Positions 55,101 through 64,000 of a stretch of DNA of 64,000 bases are shown here, in pieces. The DNA is from an uncultured Rikenellaceae bacterium (GTDB taxonomy: Bacteria; Bacteroidota; Bacteroidia; Bacteroidales; VadinHA17). A model generated the notes under the pieces. It saw only the letters and a program-made list of their open reading frames with translations, made no database searches and was not told the DNA's origin. The translations under genes and the position numbers were made by a program. The DNA lies in assembly GCA_964633195.1 (NCBI GenBank), contig CAZWFL010000009.1, positions 14,679-78,678 of the forward strand, written 5' to 3'. How positions within the stretch are numbered: position 1 is the first letter of the stretch; every line of letters begins with the position of its first letter.

Positions 55101-55249
55101 GAATTGACCTTCTGTATTGTCCTCCATGGAGAGGAGGTGGAGAGGCCATTGTTGGTGTCGTTTCCGGATGAGCTTACATAATAATCAGTTGCGGAGGCTA
55201 TTGTATTAAACAAAAGTAATATACATAACGCCGAAAGGGCTTTATTCAT
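52109..55249 (-). CDS. Large T9SS type A cargo: parallel beta-helix, two SwmB-like repeats, Ig-like domain, Por_Secre_tail
   Basis: The tracked ORF opens at TTG 55270. ATG (cat 55247-55249) gives MNKALSALCILLLFNTIASA. The N-half has many NN-rich beta-helix turns. Big-like domain PSVSISNPVKG...DPDGRITKVEFFNG. C-terminal FNLYPNPNNGHFTIEF...GIYVIMLTGSEIIVTKKFIRE. Confidence 0.7.
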   Translation of the reverse strand: MNKALSALCILLLFNTIASATDYYVSSSGNDTNNGLSTSSPWRTIQKVNSVFSTLKPGDKILFRRGDTFYGTINITKSGVSGSPITLGSYGTGDKPVITGFTTLSGWTNEGGGIFSKSVSSEEQINMVTVNGVQVAKGRYPDAGTNLTFESYTSSPRTITDNGLGDAINWTGAEAVININDWVLDRCLITAHNGDVLTYSNLGSGDIPYQTGRYYFIQNDIRCVTKENEWHHSVKDGKFYIYGDPSAKTVRISTINNLIYCYGHDYITIDGLELKGANRFAIFFVYGNANCIVRNCNISFIGENGINTDIGSSHTYTNNDISQVNRSGIFVIATNNCKILDNTIQDIGILPGTAFRATQSNGIYIYNGNDALIQYNSIINTAYNGIYFSGNNAAVRNNYINYPCMLLDDGAGIYTNVAGYTGRIISDNIILNSGVGNTNAKLAEGIYLDVFASNVTLRNNTIANCRYAGIKVHKGSNNIITGNTVFNNYTGIYYQNSSTSNTMTGHVMNNNIFFARTDSQFSLRFHSVANGITSFGTADNNVYARPVDDNIVFYTYEPATGAKYRDLAGWRSYTGQDLNSKKSPITLTDPSAIVFHYNATKSDRVISLSKPMIDAKGTKYSTSVTLKPYTSVILMPDPNPSQPAIPVYSSSVIENSAPTALTMTYNLSLANVVPSASAFTVRVNSSARTVSSVAIVSGKVRLTLSSPVSFGDVVTVAYTKPSTNPLQTSSGGQAESLSAKSVTNNCAPPVPVFQSAVVQNAAPSIIEMTYSLSLANIVPSASAFTVRVNSSARTVSSVAIASGKVRLTLASPVVYGNNVTVAYTKPSANPLQTSEGGQAASLTTQTVTNNCVAPPAQPDPPVVTNQPPSVSISNPVKGFKYTAPATVTIDAVASDPDGRITKVEFFNGTVKLAELTTAPYSFTWKDVEAGSYHITAVATDNMNASTTSSVIDIQVEAGIIYDPNAEIFNLYPNPNNGHFTIEFIDPMQIDNSRVTILSSGGQAVYTGTISREEILKEFDLSYLKPGIYVIMLTGSEIIVTKKFIRE
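52690..53325 (-). repeat. Internal ~315-bp tandem duplication (two ~105-aa repeats, ~80% aa identity)
   Basis: ...NSAPTALTMTYNLSLANVVPSASAFTVRVNSSARTVSSVAIVSGKVRLTLSSP... versus ...NAAPSIIEMTYSLSLANIVPSASAFTVRVNSSARTVSSVAIASGKVRLTLASP.... Confidence 0.85.
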
Positions 55250-55626
55250 AGGCAGGGTCTGTTTTGACAAATGAACGATAATAATTGACTAACATGCATA
55301 TTTTAACGACAAACTTGTTGTTTTGTTACATTAACATTTTCTTTGTTAATAAAAAAAATAATTAAACCGGCATGATTTATTCGGGGAATAAATTTCAAGG
55401 GGACAAATATAGAACCATTCAGGAGAATCATCCCTCAAATGTTAATAAATAAAAGTAAAAAATCTGAAAAAGGGTTATACCTTTTGCCGCCTGTAAAAGT
55501 CAGCAACAATATTATAAAATTTTTTTTCATTTCCTTCTAATAGGGCAGAAATATTTATTGCATTTTTGTAGATTCTAACTTTATTCAATTATAATTATTA
55601 AGCCTTAATACAAAAGAAGCATTTCC

Positions 55627-57006
55627 ATGAATTTTCCGGATTCAAAACCTGCTACTTATATCTTTAACCTTTTTACAAAAGGTCATGAGCGAAGTATAAG
55701 AGCCAAACAGAACATTCTGAGTTCTATTTTTATCAAAGGTTTCAGCATTTTGATAAGCTTAATAATGCTGCCACTAACATTAAGCTATGTTAATGCATCC
55801 CAGTATGGTATATGGCTTACTTTAAGTTCAATAGTGGCGTGGTTCAGTTTTTTCGACATTGGCCTTACCCAGGGATTACGTAACAAATTTGCTGAAGCCA
55901 AAGCAAAGAATGATGATTCCCTTGCCCGGGTTTATGTAAGTACGACTTATGCGATACTGGGTATAACATTCTTTTCTCTGTGGGTGATTTTCATGGTTGT
56001 TAACCAGTGGCTCGACTGGTCAGCAATATTAAAAGTGCCGTCTGAAATGAAGGGTGAAGTTACGATCCTTGCTCTGGTAGTCTTTACGTATTTCTGTATG
56101 CAATTTGTTTTCAGGATAATAGCCACAATACTGATTGCTGACCAGCGACCAGCTCTATCATCGTTACTGGATCTTCTGGGGCAATTGTTATGTCTGCTGA
56201 TTATTTTTATCCTTGTGAAAACAACTGAGGGTTCGCTTATAAAGTTGGGTCTGGCACTGTGCATTTCACCTCTGGTAATCTTAATAGGAGCAAATCTGTT
56301 TTTCTATAAGGGAAGGTATGAAAGATTCAGGCCCCGTTTTACGGATATTAAATTTTCATACGGAAGGGATCTGTTGAATCTGGGAATTATATTTTTCGTA
56401 ATACAGGTTGCCGCAATAATTCAATTCCAGACAGCCAATATAATAATTGCAAGAAGCTTTGGTACTGCAGATGTTACATCATATAATGTTGTTTACAGGT
56501 ACTTTGGTGTTCTTAACATGTTAACGGTTATCTTCGTTACCCCGTTCTGGTCAGCTTCAACTGAAGCTTTTTTGAAGAAAGATATAGAGTGGATCAAAAA
56601 TGGAATTAAGAAGTATAATTTGCTGAATCTTCTACTGATTGGCGCTGGTATTTTAATGTTGATTTTTTCAGGAGTCATATACCGTTTCTGGCTGGGAGAG
56701 GGAAAGGTAAACATTCCTTTCTCTCTTTCATTATGGGGATTCTTGTATTTCAATGTGATTATTTACGGTTCGAAATACGTAAGTTTTCTGAATGGTATTA
56801 ATGCATTGCGGTTGCAATTCATATCCAGCCTGATAAGTCCGTTTTTATACATTGCTGCAGCATTAATTCTGATCAGATTTTATCAGTCCGGAGTATATTC
56901 TCTTTTCATTGCATCCATTATTGCTAATTTTAACGCATTCCTTATTGCCCCTTTACAGTACCATATGATAATCAATAAAGATAGACGGGGAATTTGGATT
57001 AAATAG
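55627..57006 (+). CDS. wzx: Polysaccharide flippase (MOP/Wzx family)
   Basis: 459 aa with ~12-14 hydrophobic helices. N-terminal RAKQNILSSIFIKGFSILISLIMLPLTLSYV is typical of oligosaccharide flippases. First gene of a co-oriented glycosyltransferase cluster. Confidence 0.65.
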   Translation: MNFPDSKPATYIFNLFTKGHERSIRAKQNILSSIFIKGFSILISLIMLPLTLSYVNASQYGIWLTLSSIVAWFSFFDIGLTQGLRNKFAEAKAKNDDSLARVYVSTTYAILGITFFSLWVIFMVVNQWLDWSAILKVPSEMKGEVTILALVVFTYFCMQFVFRIIATILIADQRPALSSLLDLLGQLLCLLIIFILVKTTEGSLIKLGLALCISPLVILIGANLFFYKGRYERFRPRFTDIKFSYGRDLLNLGIIFFVIQVAAIIQFQTANIIIARSFGTADVTSYNVVYRYFGVLNMLTVIFVTPFWSASTEAFLKKDIEWIKNGIKKYNLLNLLLIGAGILMLIFSGVIYRFWLGEGKVNIPFSLSLWGFLYFNVIIYGSKYVSFLNGINALRLQFISSLISPFLYIAAALILIRFYQSGVYSLFIASIIANFNAFLIAPLQYHMIINKDRRGIWIK

Positions 57007-57129
57007 AAATCTATTAATGAATGTGTCAGATTATTTATTAGATAATATAAGGAACAGCTGTAATTATTAGACTTTTTACAAAAATATGTAAATGAATGAA
57101 TAAAACTGAAAACTCCTGATAAATAAGCT

Positions 57130-58566
57130 ATGAGAAAAAACGGTTATTTTTTTATTATACTTATAGTTCTTTTCTTCACTCAATTCTTGTCATATGAATC
57201 AGCACAGATTAAAATCATTGGATTAGCCTTTCTGATATTTTTTTCTTTTTTCGTCTTTTATATTTTAAAAGATCAATTTCTATTCATAATCAGCATTATT
57301 TCTCAATGCATTATATTTACCGTCGATGTACTTGGAGGGGTTACCCTGGCTCCCTTCCTTATTATTATCAGTTATATTTTCTTTAAAGGTCAATTATATA
57401 TAAAAGACAGGTTTGTCAGAACCTGCTTGTTTATTCTTGTAACTACTACCTACTTAGGATATATAGTTAAAAATCAAGGAGGTTTAAGTGATATAATCCA
57501 ATCGGCAGTTATCTTCACCTCAATTATTTTAACTTTCATCTTTGTTCAGAATTTTAAGTTCACTAGAATACAAATCAAAACTTTATTAAGTATTTTAACA
57601 TTTCTTTCAGGTCTGCTTCTTCTGACTGCGTTGAATCAAAAATATGTTTTTATAGACTCAACTATGCCTCTATTAGGTGCATTTGGCGGATATAGAAGCG
57701 TAAGCAGTGTGGGCTTAGCTTACGAAGGTCGATATCCTTCCTTATTTGCTGATTATGAATTATTTTCGGAGTTTGCCCTTTTAATGTTCATTTTTTCTTT
57801 CTCTCTCTTTGTTGAAAAAAAATCAGTAGAATATTTTAAACTTGGGCAAATACCATTATTGCTTCTGATTTTAAGTTTTGCGAATATTCTTATTACAGGT
57901 ACAAGGTCAGGATTCTTGTTGATGTTTGTTTTCATATTTTTGTTTTTCATACTACGACTAGACATTTTTTTTACTAAAAGGATCTTCGGATTAATAATCG
58001 TCCTGATACTATTTATCCCGCTTCTATTTCAATTTGGAGGTCTTATAGGATTTGATCTGATTATAGATCGCTTCCAGGAAATTGATAGCAGATATTTTAG
58101 TCTAAATAGTATTGTATCGGGAGAGCAAATCAACAGGGAAATTGTGTATGCTGAGGGATACGAGAGAATTAGCGAAGAAAACTGGGTATTGGGCTATGGT
58201 TTTGGTTTATCATCATCAAATGATTTAGCATGGTTTAGCAAAGCTGAGGTACAAGGCAGGAGTATTAGGGATTTTCATAGTTTATACCTTAGTATACCAA
58301 TGATATACGGCTGGATAGGAAGTATAACTTACCTTATGTTAATAATATACATTTTATTTTTATCATTTAAAAGATACTATATGACCTCTGACAGCCCATT
58401 AAGCGGCATTAATTTTGCTTTTTCATTCCTGTTTGTATTCTTTTTATTTAATCAAATAAAAATCAATTCTTTAAGAGTTTATAATTATCATTATCTGATC
58501 TGGATCTTAATGGGGTTAGCTTTAGCATTTACTAATTTGAAGTTAAACCCTGATGAAGAGGATTGA
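57130..58566 (+). CDS. O-antigen ligase/polymerase-like (Wzy-type) membrane protein
   Basis: 478 aa, very hydrophobic and AT-rich. A large loop is followed by FHSLYLSIPMIYGWIGS, resembling the Wzy_C H-x-x-Y-L...G motif. Confidence 0.55.
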   Translation: MRKNGYFFIILIVLFFTQFLSYESAQIKIIGLAFLIFFSFFVFYILKDQFLFIISIISQCIIFTVDVLGGVTLAPFLIIISYIFFKGQLYIKDRFVRTCLFILVTTTYLGYIVKNQGGLSDIIQSAVIFTSIILTFIFVQNFKFTRIQIKTLLSILTFLSGLLLLTALNQKYVFIDSTMPLLGAFGGYRSVSSVGLAYEGRYPSLFADYELFSEFALLMFIFSFSLFVEKKSVEYFKLGQIPLLLLILSFANILITGTRSGFLLMFVFIFLFFILRLDIFFTKRIFGLIIVLILFIPLLFQFGGLIGFDLIIDRFQEIDSRYFSLNSIVSGEQINREIVYAEGYERISEENWVLGYGFGLSSSNDLAWFSKAEVQGRSIRDFHSLYLSIPMIYGWIGSITYLMLIIYILFLSFKRYYMTSDSPLSGINFAFSFLFVFFLFNQIKINSLRVYNYHYLIWILMGLALAFTNLKLNPDEED

Positions 58567-58660
58567 CTTTTCAGGTAATTAGTTTAAAATAACAAAGTAG
58601 ATTATCACGAGAAATAATGTCAGAGCCTGGAGTTTACAATCCATCATTTAACCTTTAAGT

Positions 58661-59947
58661 ATGCGAGTTCTTTGGTTTAGTAATACACCATCTTTAGCTT
58701 TCAAGAAGCTTGGAAGCGATCCAAATCTGGGAGGGTGGATATCATCGCTGGAAAAGCAGATGGCAAAATCAAAAGAGATCGACCTTGGAGTGGCTTTTCC
58801 TTTTGGGTTTAGCCACCAGGGATCTTTCTCTATAGAGAATACCTGCTATTATCCTTTTCCTTATTCCAGAACCAGATCGAGAATAGGTAGAATTATTGAT
58901 AAGTGGAAATTTGCAATAGAACCTGAGGATGAAATCGAGTACTATCTTTCAATTATTGAACAGTTTAGACCCGATATTATTCATATTTTTGGCAGTGAAA
59001 GATCTTTTGGTTTAATAGTGAAAAGATGTGGAGTACCAGTTATCCTTCAAATACAGGGAAATCTGACTATATGTTCTATGAAATGGACCACAGGAATTTC
59101 TCTGTCACAAATGCTAAGATATTCAGATAAAATGAATCTATTACTCGGCTATAGTATTTTTCATGAGTACTATCTTTTAAGAAAAAGATCTATAAGAGAG
59201 CAGAAGATTTTAAAGGAATGTAAATTTATAATAGGAAGAACAGACTGGGACCGGAGAATAACAAAAATCTTTGCACCACAAAGCATTTACTATTATTGTG
59301 ATGAATTAATTCGGGAAGAGTTTTACAATAAGAGATGGGAATATCAAAAAAATAATAAAACTATCATTATTTCAACGCTCAGTCCTATTGCCTACAAGGG
59401 TTTAGAAGTGGTTCTGATGGCAGCAAGTCTGCTAAAAGAAACAAAAAAGATCGATTTTGAGTGGCAAATTGCAGGAGTGAAGGGTAGTGAAGAGCTAATA
59501 AAAATAATTGAGAGATCAAAAAGAATGAAGTTCAAAGATACCAATGTAAAGTTCAAAGGTTCTATGGATGCTAATAGATTAGCTGAGACACTCTTAAATT
59601 CAAGTTGTTATGTGCATCCGTCCCATATTGAGAATAGTCCTAATAGTGTGTGTGAGGCCATGATTATTGGTCTTCCTATCATTGCTACATATGCAGGTGG
59701 AATTCCAAGTATAGTTAAGGACAGAAGTGAGGGAATACTAGTTCAAGACGGAGATCCATATGCCTTGTCAGGGGCAATTTTGGAATTACTAGAATCCCCT
59801 GCAGACATGAAATTATTCTCGGAAAATGCGAAAAAAAAGGCACTTAAGCGACATAATCCTGTTAAAATTGTGGAAGAAATGACTAGTATCTATAGAATGG
59901 TTTTAGATTCTTCTTTGCCCAGAGATCAACAAAAAATTGACAATTGA
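58661..59947 (+). CDS. Glycosyltransferase family 4 (GT-B, glycos_transf_1)
   Basis: 428 aa. C-terminal E-x7-E region VHPSHIENSPNSVCEAMIIGLPIIATYAGGIPSIV. Confidence 0.8.
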   Translation: MRVLWFSNTPSLAFKKLGSDPNLGGWISSLEKQMAKSKEIDLGVAFPFGFSHQGSFSIENTCYYPFPYSRTRSRIGRIIDKWKFAIEPEDEIEYYLSIIEQFRPDIIHIFGSERSFGLIVKRCGVPVILQIQGNLTICSMKWTTGISLSQMLRYSDKMNLLLGYSIFHEYYLLRKRSIREQKILKECKFIIGRTDWDRRITKIFAPQSIYYYCDELIREEFYNKRWEYQKNNKTIIISTLSPIAYKGLEVVLMAASLLKETKKIDFEWQIAGVKGSEELIKIIERSKRMKFKDTNVKFKGSMDANRLAETLLNSSCYVHPSHIENSPNSVCEAMIIGLPIIATYAGGIPSIVKDRSEGILVQDGDPYALSGAILELLESPADMKLFSENAKKKALKRHNPVKIVEEMTSIYRMVLDSSLPRDQQKIDN

Positions 59948-60010
59948 CCGCTTATATTATTGCTTTAGTGCATATTCGGATTGCTTTAAAATAATTCTCA
60001 CTATTTTAGC

Positions 60011-61351
60011 ATGAGTAATTTCTACCCTAAGATTTTAATTCTTGGTCAGACTTTCAATAAGTTTTCTGGTGGTGGCATAACGCTGACTAATCTATTTAAA
60101 GAATGGCCCGGGATAAATATAGCTGCTATTTCATATCCATATTATTTTAAAGATTATTCTACAGAAATTTGCTCAAATTATTATCAGATTGGCTCTGATG
60201 AGTATCGATGGGCATTTCCATTTAATCTAATTAAAAAAGAATATCCTTCAGGGCTTATTAAAAGCAGAATAAGATCTCAAGGTAAGATACCCGGTAAAAG
60301 GCCAGTTATAAAACACTTTTTATCAGAAAGCATTCTGGAGCCATTCGTCAGGTGGTCTGGGATTATACACTGTATTTCCAGTGTTAATATGTCAGCGAAA
60401 CTTAAAAAATGGTTAGCAGAGTTTGAACCTGAAATTCTTTATCTACAGGTTTCTACCCGGGAGACTATAATATTTGCCCTGAGATTAATCAATTATCTGC
60501 AAATACCTTCGGTAATCCATATGATGGATGACTGGCCTTCAACAATAAGTACCGGCGGACCACTGGCGAAATACTGGAGAACAAAAATTGACAAAGAATT
60601 CAGACAATTGCTGGATAAGGTTAATATTCATTTGAGTATCAGTAACGCAATGTCAGCGGAGTATTACAGGCGTTATAAGAAAACTTTTATGGCGTTCCAT
60701 AATCCTGTGGATATCAAATTGTTCACAATGCAAGATGAAAAGAAAACTTTTCAGGGAAACAGGTTTAAGATATTATATATAGGGCGGATAGGTACTGCAA
60801 ATAAACAGACAATCCTGTTTTTTGCCCGATTTATTTCGGGGTTAACAATTGACGGAACGGGGATAGAACTCGATATCTTCTCTAAAGATATTAATGATCC
60901 GGATCTGAAGATAATGAATAATATTGAGAATATCGGGCTAAAACAACCAATAAAACATGATACCGTTCCGGCTTTGCTTAAAGAATATGATTTGCTGTTA
61001 TTGCCACTTGATTTTTCAGAAGAAGGATTAAGATTTGCCAGGTTTTCTGTTCCGACAAAAGCATCAGAGTATTTGATATCGGGAACCCCTGTCATGGTAT
61101 TTGCACCCCGGGAGACAGCGATCTCAAAATTCTGTAGTGAAAATGATTGCGGATTATGTGTCACCGAAATGAACGAAAAGCATATTTCAGATGCTCTACA
61201 TCTGTTGATCAGAGATGATAAATACCGGGAAAGAATAACAGATAATGCTGTGAGGATCGCTAAAACACTTTTTGACGCTGACAAAGTACGCAGTGAATTT
61301 CAGCAATTGTTAATAAACCTGTGCCGTCATTCAATAAAAAAAGCAGACTGA
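60011..61351 (+). CDS. GT-B-like glycosyltransferase, paralogue A
   Basis: 446 aa. KILILGQTFNKFSGGGITLTNLF N-terminus. C-terminal PTKASEYLISGTPVMVFAP resembles the GT1/GT4 donor-binding helix. Roughly half of residues are identical to 62617-63936 by eye. Confidence 0.55.
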   Translation: MSNFYPKILILGQTFNKFSGGGITLTNLFKEWPGINIAAISYPYYFKDYSTEICSNYYQIGSDEYRWAFPFNLIKKEYPSGLIKSRIRSQGKIPGKRPVIKHFLSESILEPFVRWSGIIHCISSVNMSAKLKKWLAEFEPEILYLQVSTRETIIFALRLINYLQIPSVIHMMDDWPSTISTGGPLAKYWRTKIDKEFRQLLDKVNIHLSISNAMSAEYYRRYKKTFMAFHNPVDIKLFTMQDEKKTFQGNRFKILYIGRIGTANKQTILFFARFISGLTIDGTGIELDIFSKDINDPDLKIMNNIENIGLKQPIKHDTVPALLKEYDLLLLPLDFSEEGLRFARFSVPTKASEYLISGTPVMVFAPRETAISKFCSENDCGLCVTEMNEKHISDALHLLIRDDKYRERITDNAVRIAKTLFDADKVRSEFQQLLINLCRHSIKKAD

Positions 61352-61473
61352 CCATCTGTTGCGGATAATTGTTGATTATAATTGCCTGATGTTTCAATAA
61401 AAGTTATTAATAACAGTTAATCTGGTGTATAGCCCGGGTTTCCACCCGCATAACAGACCACAATTTAAATAAT

Positions 61474-62544
61474 ATGATTCAGATAATAATCAAACAAAGC
61501 AGACTAAGCACATTGAAAGAGATCCTGAATGATCCTGAACGGAAGTCAATTGGCAAAATGATTTCGGAGTTGTCGTATCTCACTTTTATATATAAGGAAT
61601 TGCCGGTCCATTATTTCAGCAGGTATTTATTCAAAAAGAATATAGTCAGTATCAGGGATTATGTTCCCAACAAAATGGCATCAGGAATTGCTCCCTTCTT
61701 CAATGATGGAAGAGTTAAAGAAGTAATAGACAATAAGTTATATTTCGATCTTTTTTACAGGCAGTTCGGGATCAGCCTTCCGGAAATTCTGATGTATAAT
61801 CATAAACATAAGTTCGTTACAGGCGACACTCTCCATGAGGTGAATGATTTTGATGCTTTTTGGGACCTGATTAAGAGGCTGTTTGAACAAAATCCTTCTG
61901 TAGGTTCGCTGTTTATAAAAAAAACATATTCAAGCTCAAGCGGCAGGTATACCTATAAGTTTAACAGGGAGATGGTCAACAATGATCCGGAAATGTTAAG
62001 AATTATCTGGTCCGAAGTAATTGGTTCCGAATATTTATTTCAGAAAACAGTAATTCAGCATCCTGAGCTGGACAAACTCAATCCTGCATGCCTGAATACA
62101 ATCAGGATTGATACATTCTTGAACAGTGACGGCACTATTGATATTATGTCAGCATTTATTAAACTGAGCATCGGCAGCCATGTTGACAATACTGTTTTTG
62201 GAGGTTGCGGTGTAGGGATTGATCTGCAAACGGGCAGGATGAAAAAATATGGCTGGTCAAAACTTAGAGTAGCCGGTGTTAAAGTACTTGAAGAACATCC
62301 GGTTACGAAAACCAGGTTTGAGAATCATGAAATTCCTTTCTTTCGTGAGGTGAAAGAACTTGTTATTAAAACAGCCGGACTAATGCCGGGACTCAGGCTT
62401 ATCGGCTGGGATGTCGGAATAGGAGAATCGGGTCCTGTACTTATTGAAGGGAATTCAGATTACGGGATCAACTCCAATGATATGATGTATGGCGGATATA
62501 TGGCTAATCCGGTTTTTAGAAAGGTATTAAACGAGATGAATTAG
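61474..62544 (+). CDS. Sugar-transfer-associated ATP-grasp family protein
   Basis: 356 aa. FIKKTYSSSSGRY (ATP-grasp lysine region), QKTVIQHPEL and C-terminal RLIGWDVGIGESGPVLIEGNSDYG fit the ATPgrasp_ST pattern as I recall it. Confidence 0.55.
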   Translation: MIQIIIKQSRLSTLKEILNDPERKSIGKMISELSYLTFIYKELPVHYFSRYLFKKNIVSIRDYVPNKMASGIAPFFNDGRVKEVIDNKLYFDLFYRQFGISLPEILMYNHKHKFVTGDTLHEVNDFDAFWDLIKRLFEQNPSVGSLFIKKTYSSSSGRYTYKFNREMVNNDPEMLRIIWSEVIGSEYLFQKTVIQHPELDKLNPACLNTIRIDTFLNSDGTIDIMSAFIKLSIGSHVDNTVFGGCGVGIDLQTGRMKKYGWSKLRVAGVKVLEEHPVTKTRFENHEIPFFREVKELVIKTAGLMPGLRLIGWDVGIGESGPVLIEGNSDYGINSNDMMYGGYMANPVFRKVLNEMN

Positions 62545-62616
62545 CAGGTCACGACCGGATATATCGATGACATCAATCTGACATGACTGATATTAGCATT
62601 TAAAAGAAGTAATAAT

Positions 62617-63936
62617 ATGTCTTTACCCAGAGTTTTAATTTTCGGACAGCCTTTTAACGATAAATACGGAGGTGGTATAACTGTGACCAATCTTTTTAAA
62701 GGATGGGATAAGGATAGAATTGCTGTGGCAGCAACAGGTCATTTAATGTATGGCGTTACAACCGATGTTTGCGATAACTATTATCAGTTGGGAATAGAGG
62801 AGTTCAGATGGATATTCCCCTTCAGCCTTCTCCAGAGAAAATTCAGATCCGGGAAATTATCATTTGATTCAAATAAAGAGCCGGGAAATAAACAAAACAA
62901 ATTTGGTTTACGATATTTTCTTGTAAATCATATTTTTTATCCGGTTCTTGAATGGTCCGGTTTGTTCCATTGCATCTCAAAAATTAAAATGTCCTCCCGG
63001 TTCAAAACATGGCTGACTCAATTCAGTCCGGAGATTCTCTATTTTCAGGTGTCAACCAGAGATTCTCTGTTATTTGCCGAAACACTTATTGATTCTTTAA
63101 GAATTCCTTCTGCCATTCATGTAATGGATGACTGGCCCTCAACAATCAGTAGAAGAGGTTTATTCAGGGAGTACTGGAGAAAGAAAATCGACAGGGAATT
63201 CAGGCATCTGTTGTCGAAAACTGATCTTTGCCTGAGCATAAGTCATGCAATGTCTGAAGAATATCTCAGGCGATACAACAAAGCATTTAAACCTTTTCAT
63301 AATCCTATTGAAATTGACAGGTTTATCGGGATCAAAAGAGAGACGGCAACAAATGATAAAATTCTAAGGGTCCTCTATCTTGGTAGAATAGGAGTGGCAA
63401 ATAAAAAATCCATTCATTCATTTTCAAAAGTGATATCTGACCTGAAAACAGATCAATTTATAATTACACTTGATATTTTTACTTCGGATACAGATAATCG
63501 GTTCATAAAAAAGATTTCCGGATTAAAAAACATAAAAATTAATCCCGCAGTACATTATGAGGAAGTACCTTCTCTTCTGAAAGAATTTGATCTGCTGTTA
63601 TTGCCTCTTGATTTTACAAAAGATGGATTAAGATATGCCCGGTACTCAATTCCAACAAAAGCTTCTGAATATATGATCTCCGGCACACCGGTTCTCGTCT
63701 ATGCTCCCGGGGAAACGGCAATTTCTAAGTTCATTTCATCAAACGAATGCGGATATTGTGTTAACGAACAGAATAAAAACAAACTTGAAATAGAACTTCA
63801 ACATATTATTAACGATAAAGAAAACAGAGAAAAATTACGTAATACTGCTTTTAAACTGGCAAAACGCTTATTCGATGCAACCAGAGTGCGTTCAGAATTT
63901 CAAAACTCATTAAAAGAAATTTCGAAAATGGATTGA
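62617..63936 (+). CDS. GT-B-like glycosyltransferase, paralogue B
   Basis: 439 aa, colinear with 60011-61351: RVLIFGQPFNDKYGGGITVTNLF, HVMDDWPSTIS and PTKASEYMISGTPVLVYAP. Confidence 0.55.
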   Translation: MSLPRVLIFGQPFNDKYGGGITVTNLFKGWDKDRIAVAATGHLMYGVTTDVCDNYYQLGIEEFRWIFPFSLLQRKFRSGKLSFDSNKEPGNKQNKFGLRYFLVNHIFYPVLEWSGLFHCISKIKMSSRFKTWLTQFSPEILYFQVSTRDSLLFAETLIDSLRIPSAIHVMDDWPSTISRRGLFREYWRKKIDREFRHLLSKTDLCLSISHAMSEEYLRRYNKAFKPFHNPIEIDRFIGIKRETATNDKILRVLYLGRIGVANKKSIHSFSKVISDLKTDQFIITLDIFTSDTDNRFIKKISGLKNIKINPAVHYEEVPSLLKEFDLLLLPLDFTKDGLRYARYSIPTKASEYMISGTPVLVYAPGETAISKFISSNECGYCVNEQNKNKLEIELQHIINDKENREKLRNTAFKLAKRLFDATRVRSEFQNSLKEISKMD

Positions 63937-64000
63937 TAAATAATATCTTCCTGATGAGTAATAAATTAGTAAAAAGCTGGGTCAAGTCTTAAGGTCTATT

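Noticed and set aside
60751-61284. A 177-aa antisense ORF within the glycosyltransferase paralogue A.
   Set aside because: The sense frame is conserved with its paralogue at 62617. The antisense product is low-complexity and Ser/Ile/Phe-rich.

Overview
Manual reading only: no searches, alignments or statistics were run, and all coordinates were counted by hand. The segment looks like a Bacteroidota chromosome, based on a SusC/SusD pair, T9SS type A and type B C-terminal sorting domains, PorP/SprF, and many lipoprotein and Tat signals. About 40 genes fall into three blocks. (i) 0.4-39.8 kb is a glycan/glycoside-utilisation island. It is poor in classical glycoside hydrolases (one GH29 fucosidase, one GH30-like protein). 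It is rich in exported enzymes, most with twin-arginine signals: 4 Gfo/Idh/MocA oxidoreductases, 5 xylose-isomerase-like TIM barrels, a PmoA-like (DUF6807) protein, an FAD oxidoreductase, an SGNH esterase, a type-B carboxylesterase, two paralogous alpha/beta hydrolases and two amidohydrolases. It also carries SusC/SusD, an ExuT-like MFS transporter, CstA, a Zn-ADH, an RmuC-like protein and a free-standing SusC-N-terminus 'plug' protein. I read the 25-40 kb core as a candidate periplasmic oxidative (3-keto type) glycoside-cleavage system. (ii) 40.6-55.2 kb is a T9SS cargo cluster. It holds a 658-aa type A cargo, a 1518-aa repeat adhesin with a type B sorting domain followed by PorP/SprF and an OmpA/TolB-like/PKD protein, and two convergent beta-helix cargos. 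(iii) 55.6-64 kb is an AT-richer Wzx/Wzy polysaccharide locus containing a GT / ATP-grasp / GT triplet. The most unusual non-coding signal is that almost every spacer longer than about 60 bp carries modular repeats. These include locus-specific 7-16 bp tandem arrays, often split by a CCCGC...GCGGG hairpin; shared hairpin modules; and roughly 200-bp palindromic elements with terminal inverted repeats that bracket susC-susD. I recognised no rRNA, tRNA, CRISPR array, transposase, integrase or transcription factor.
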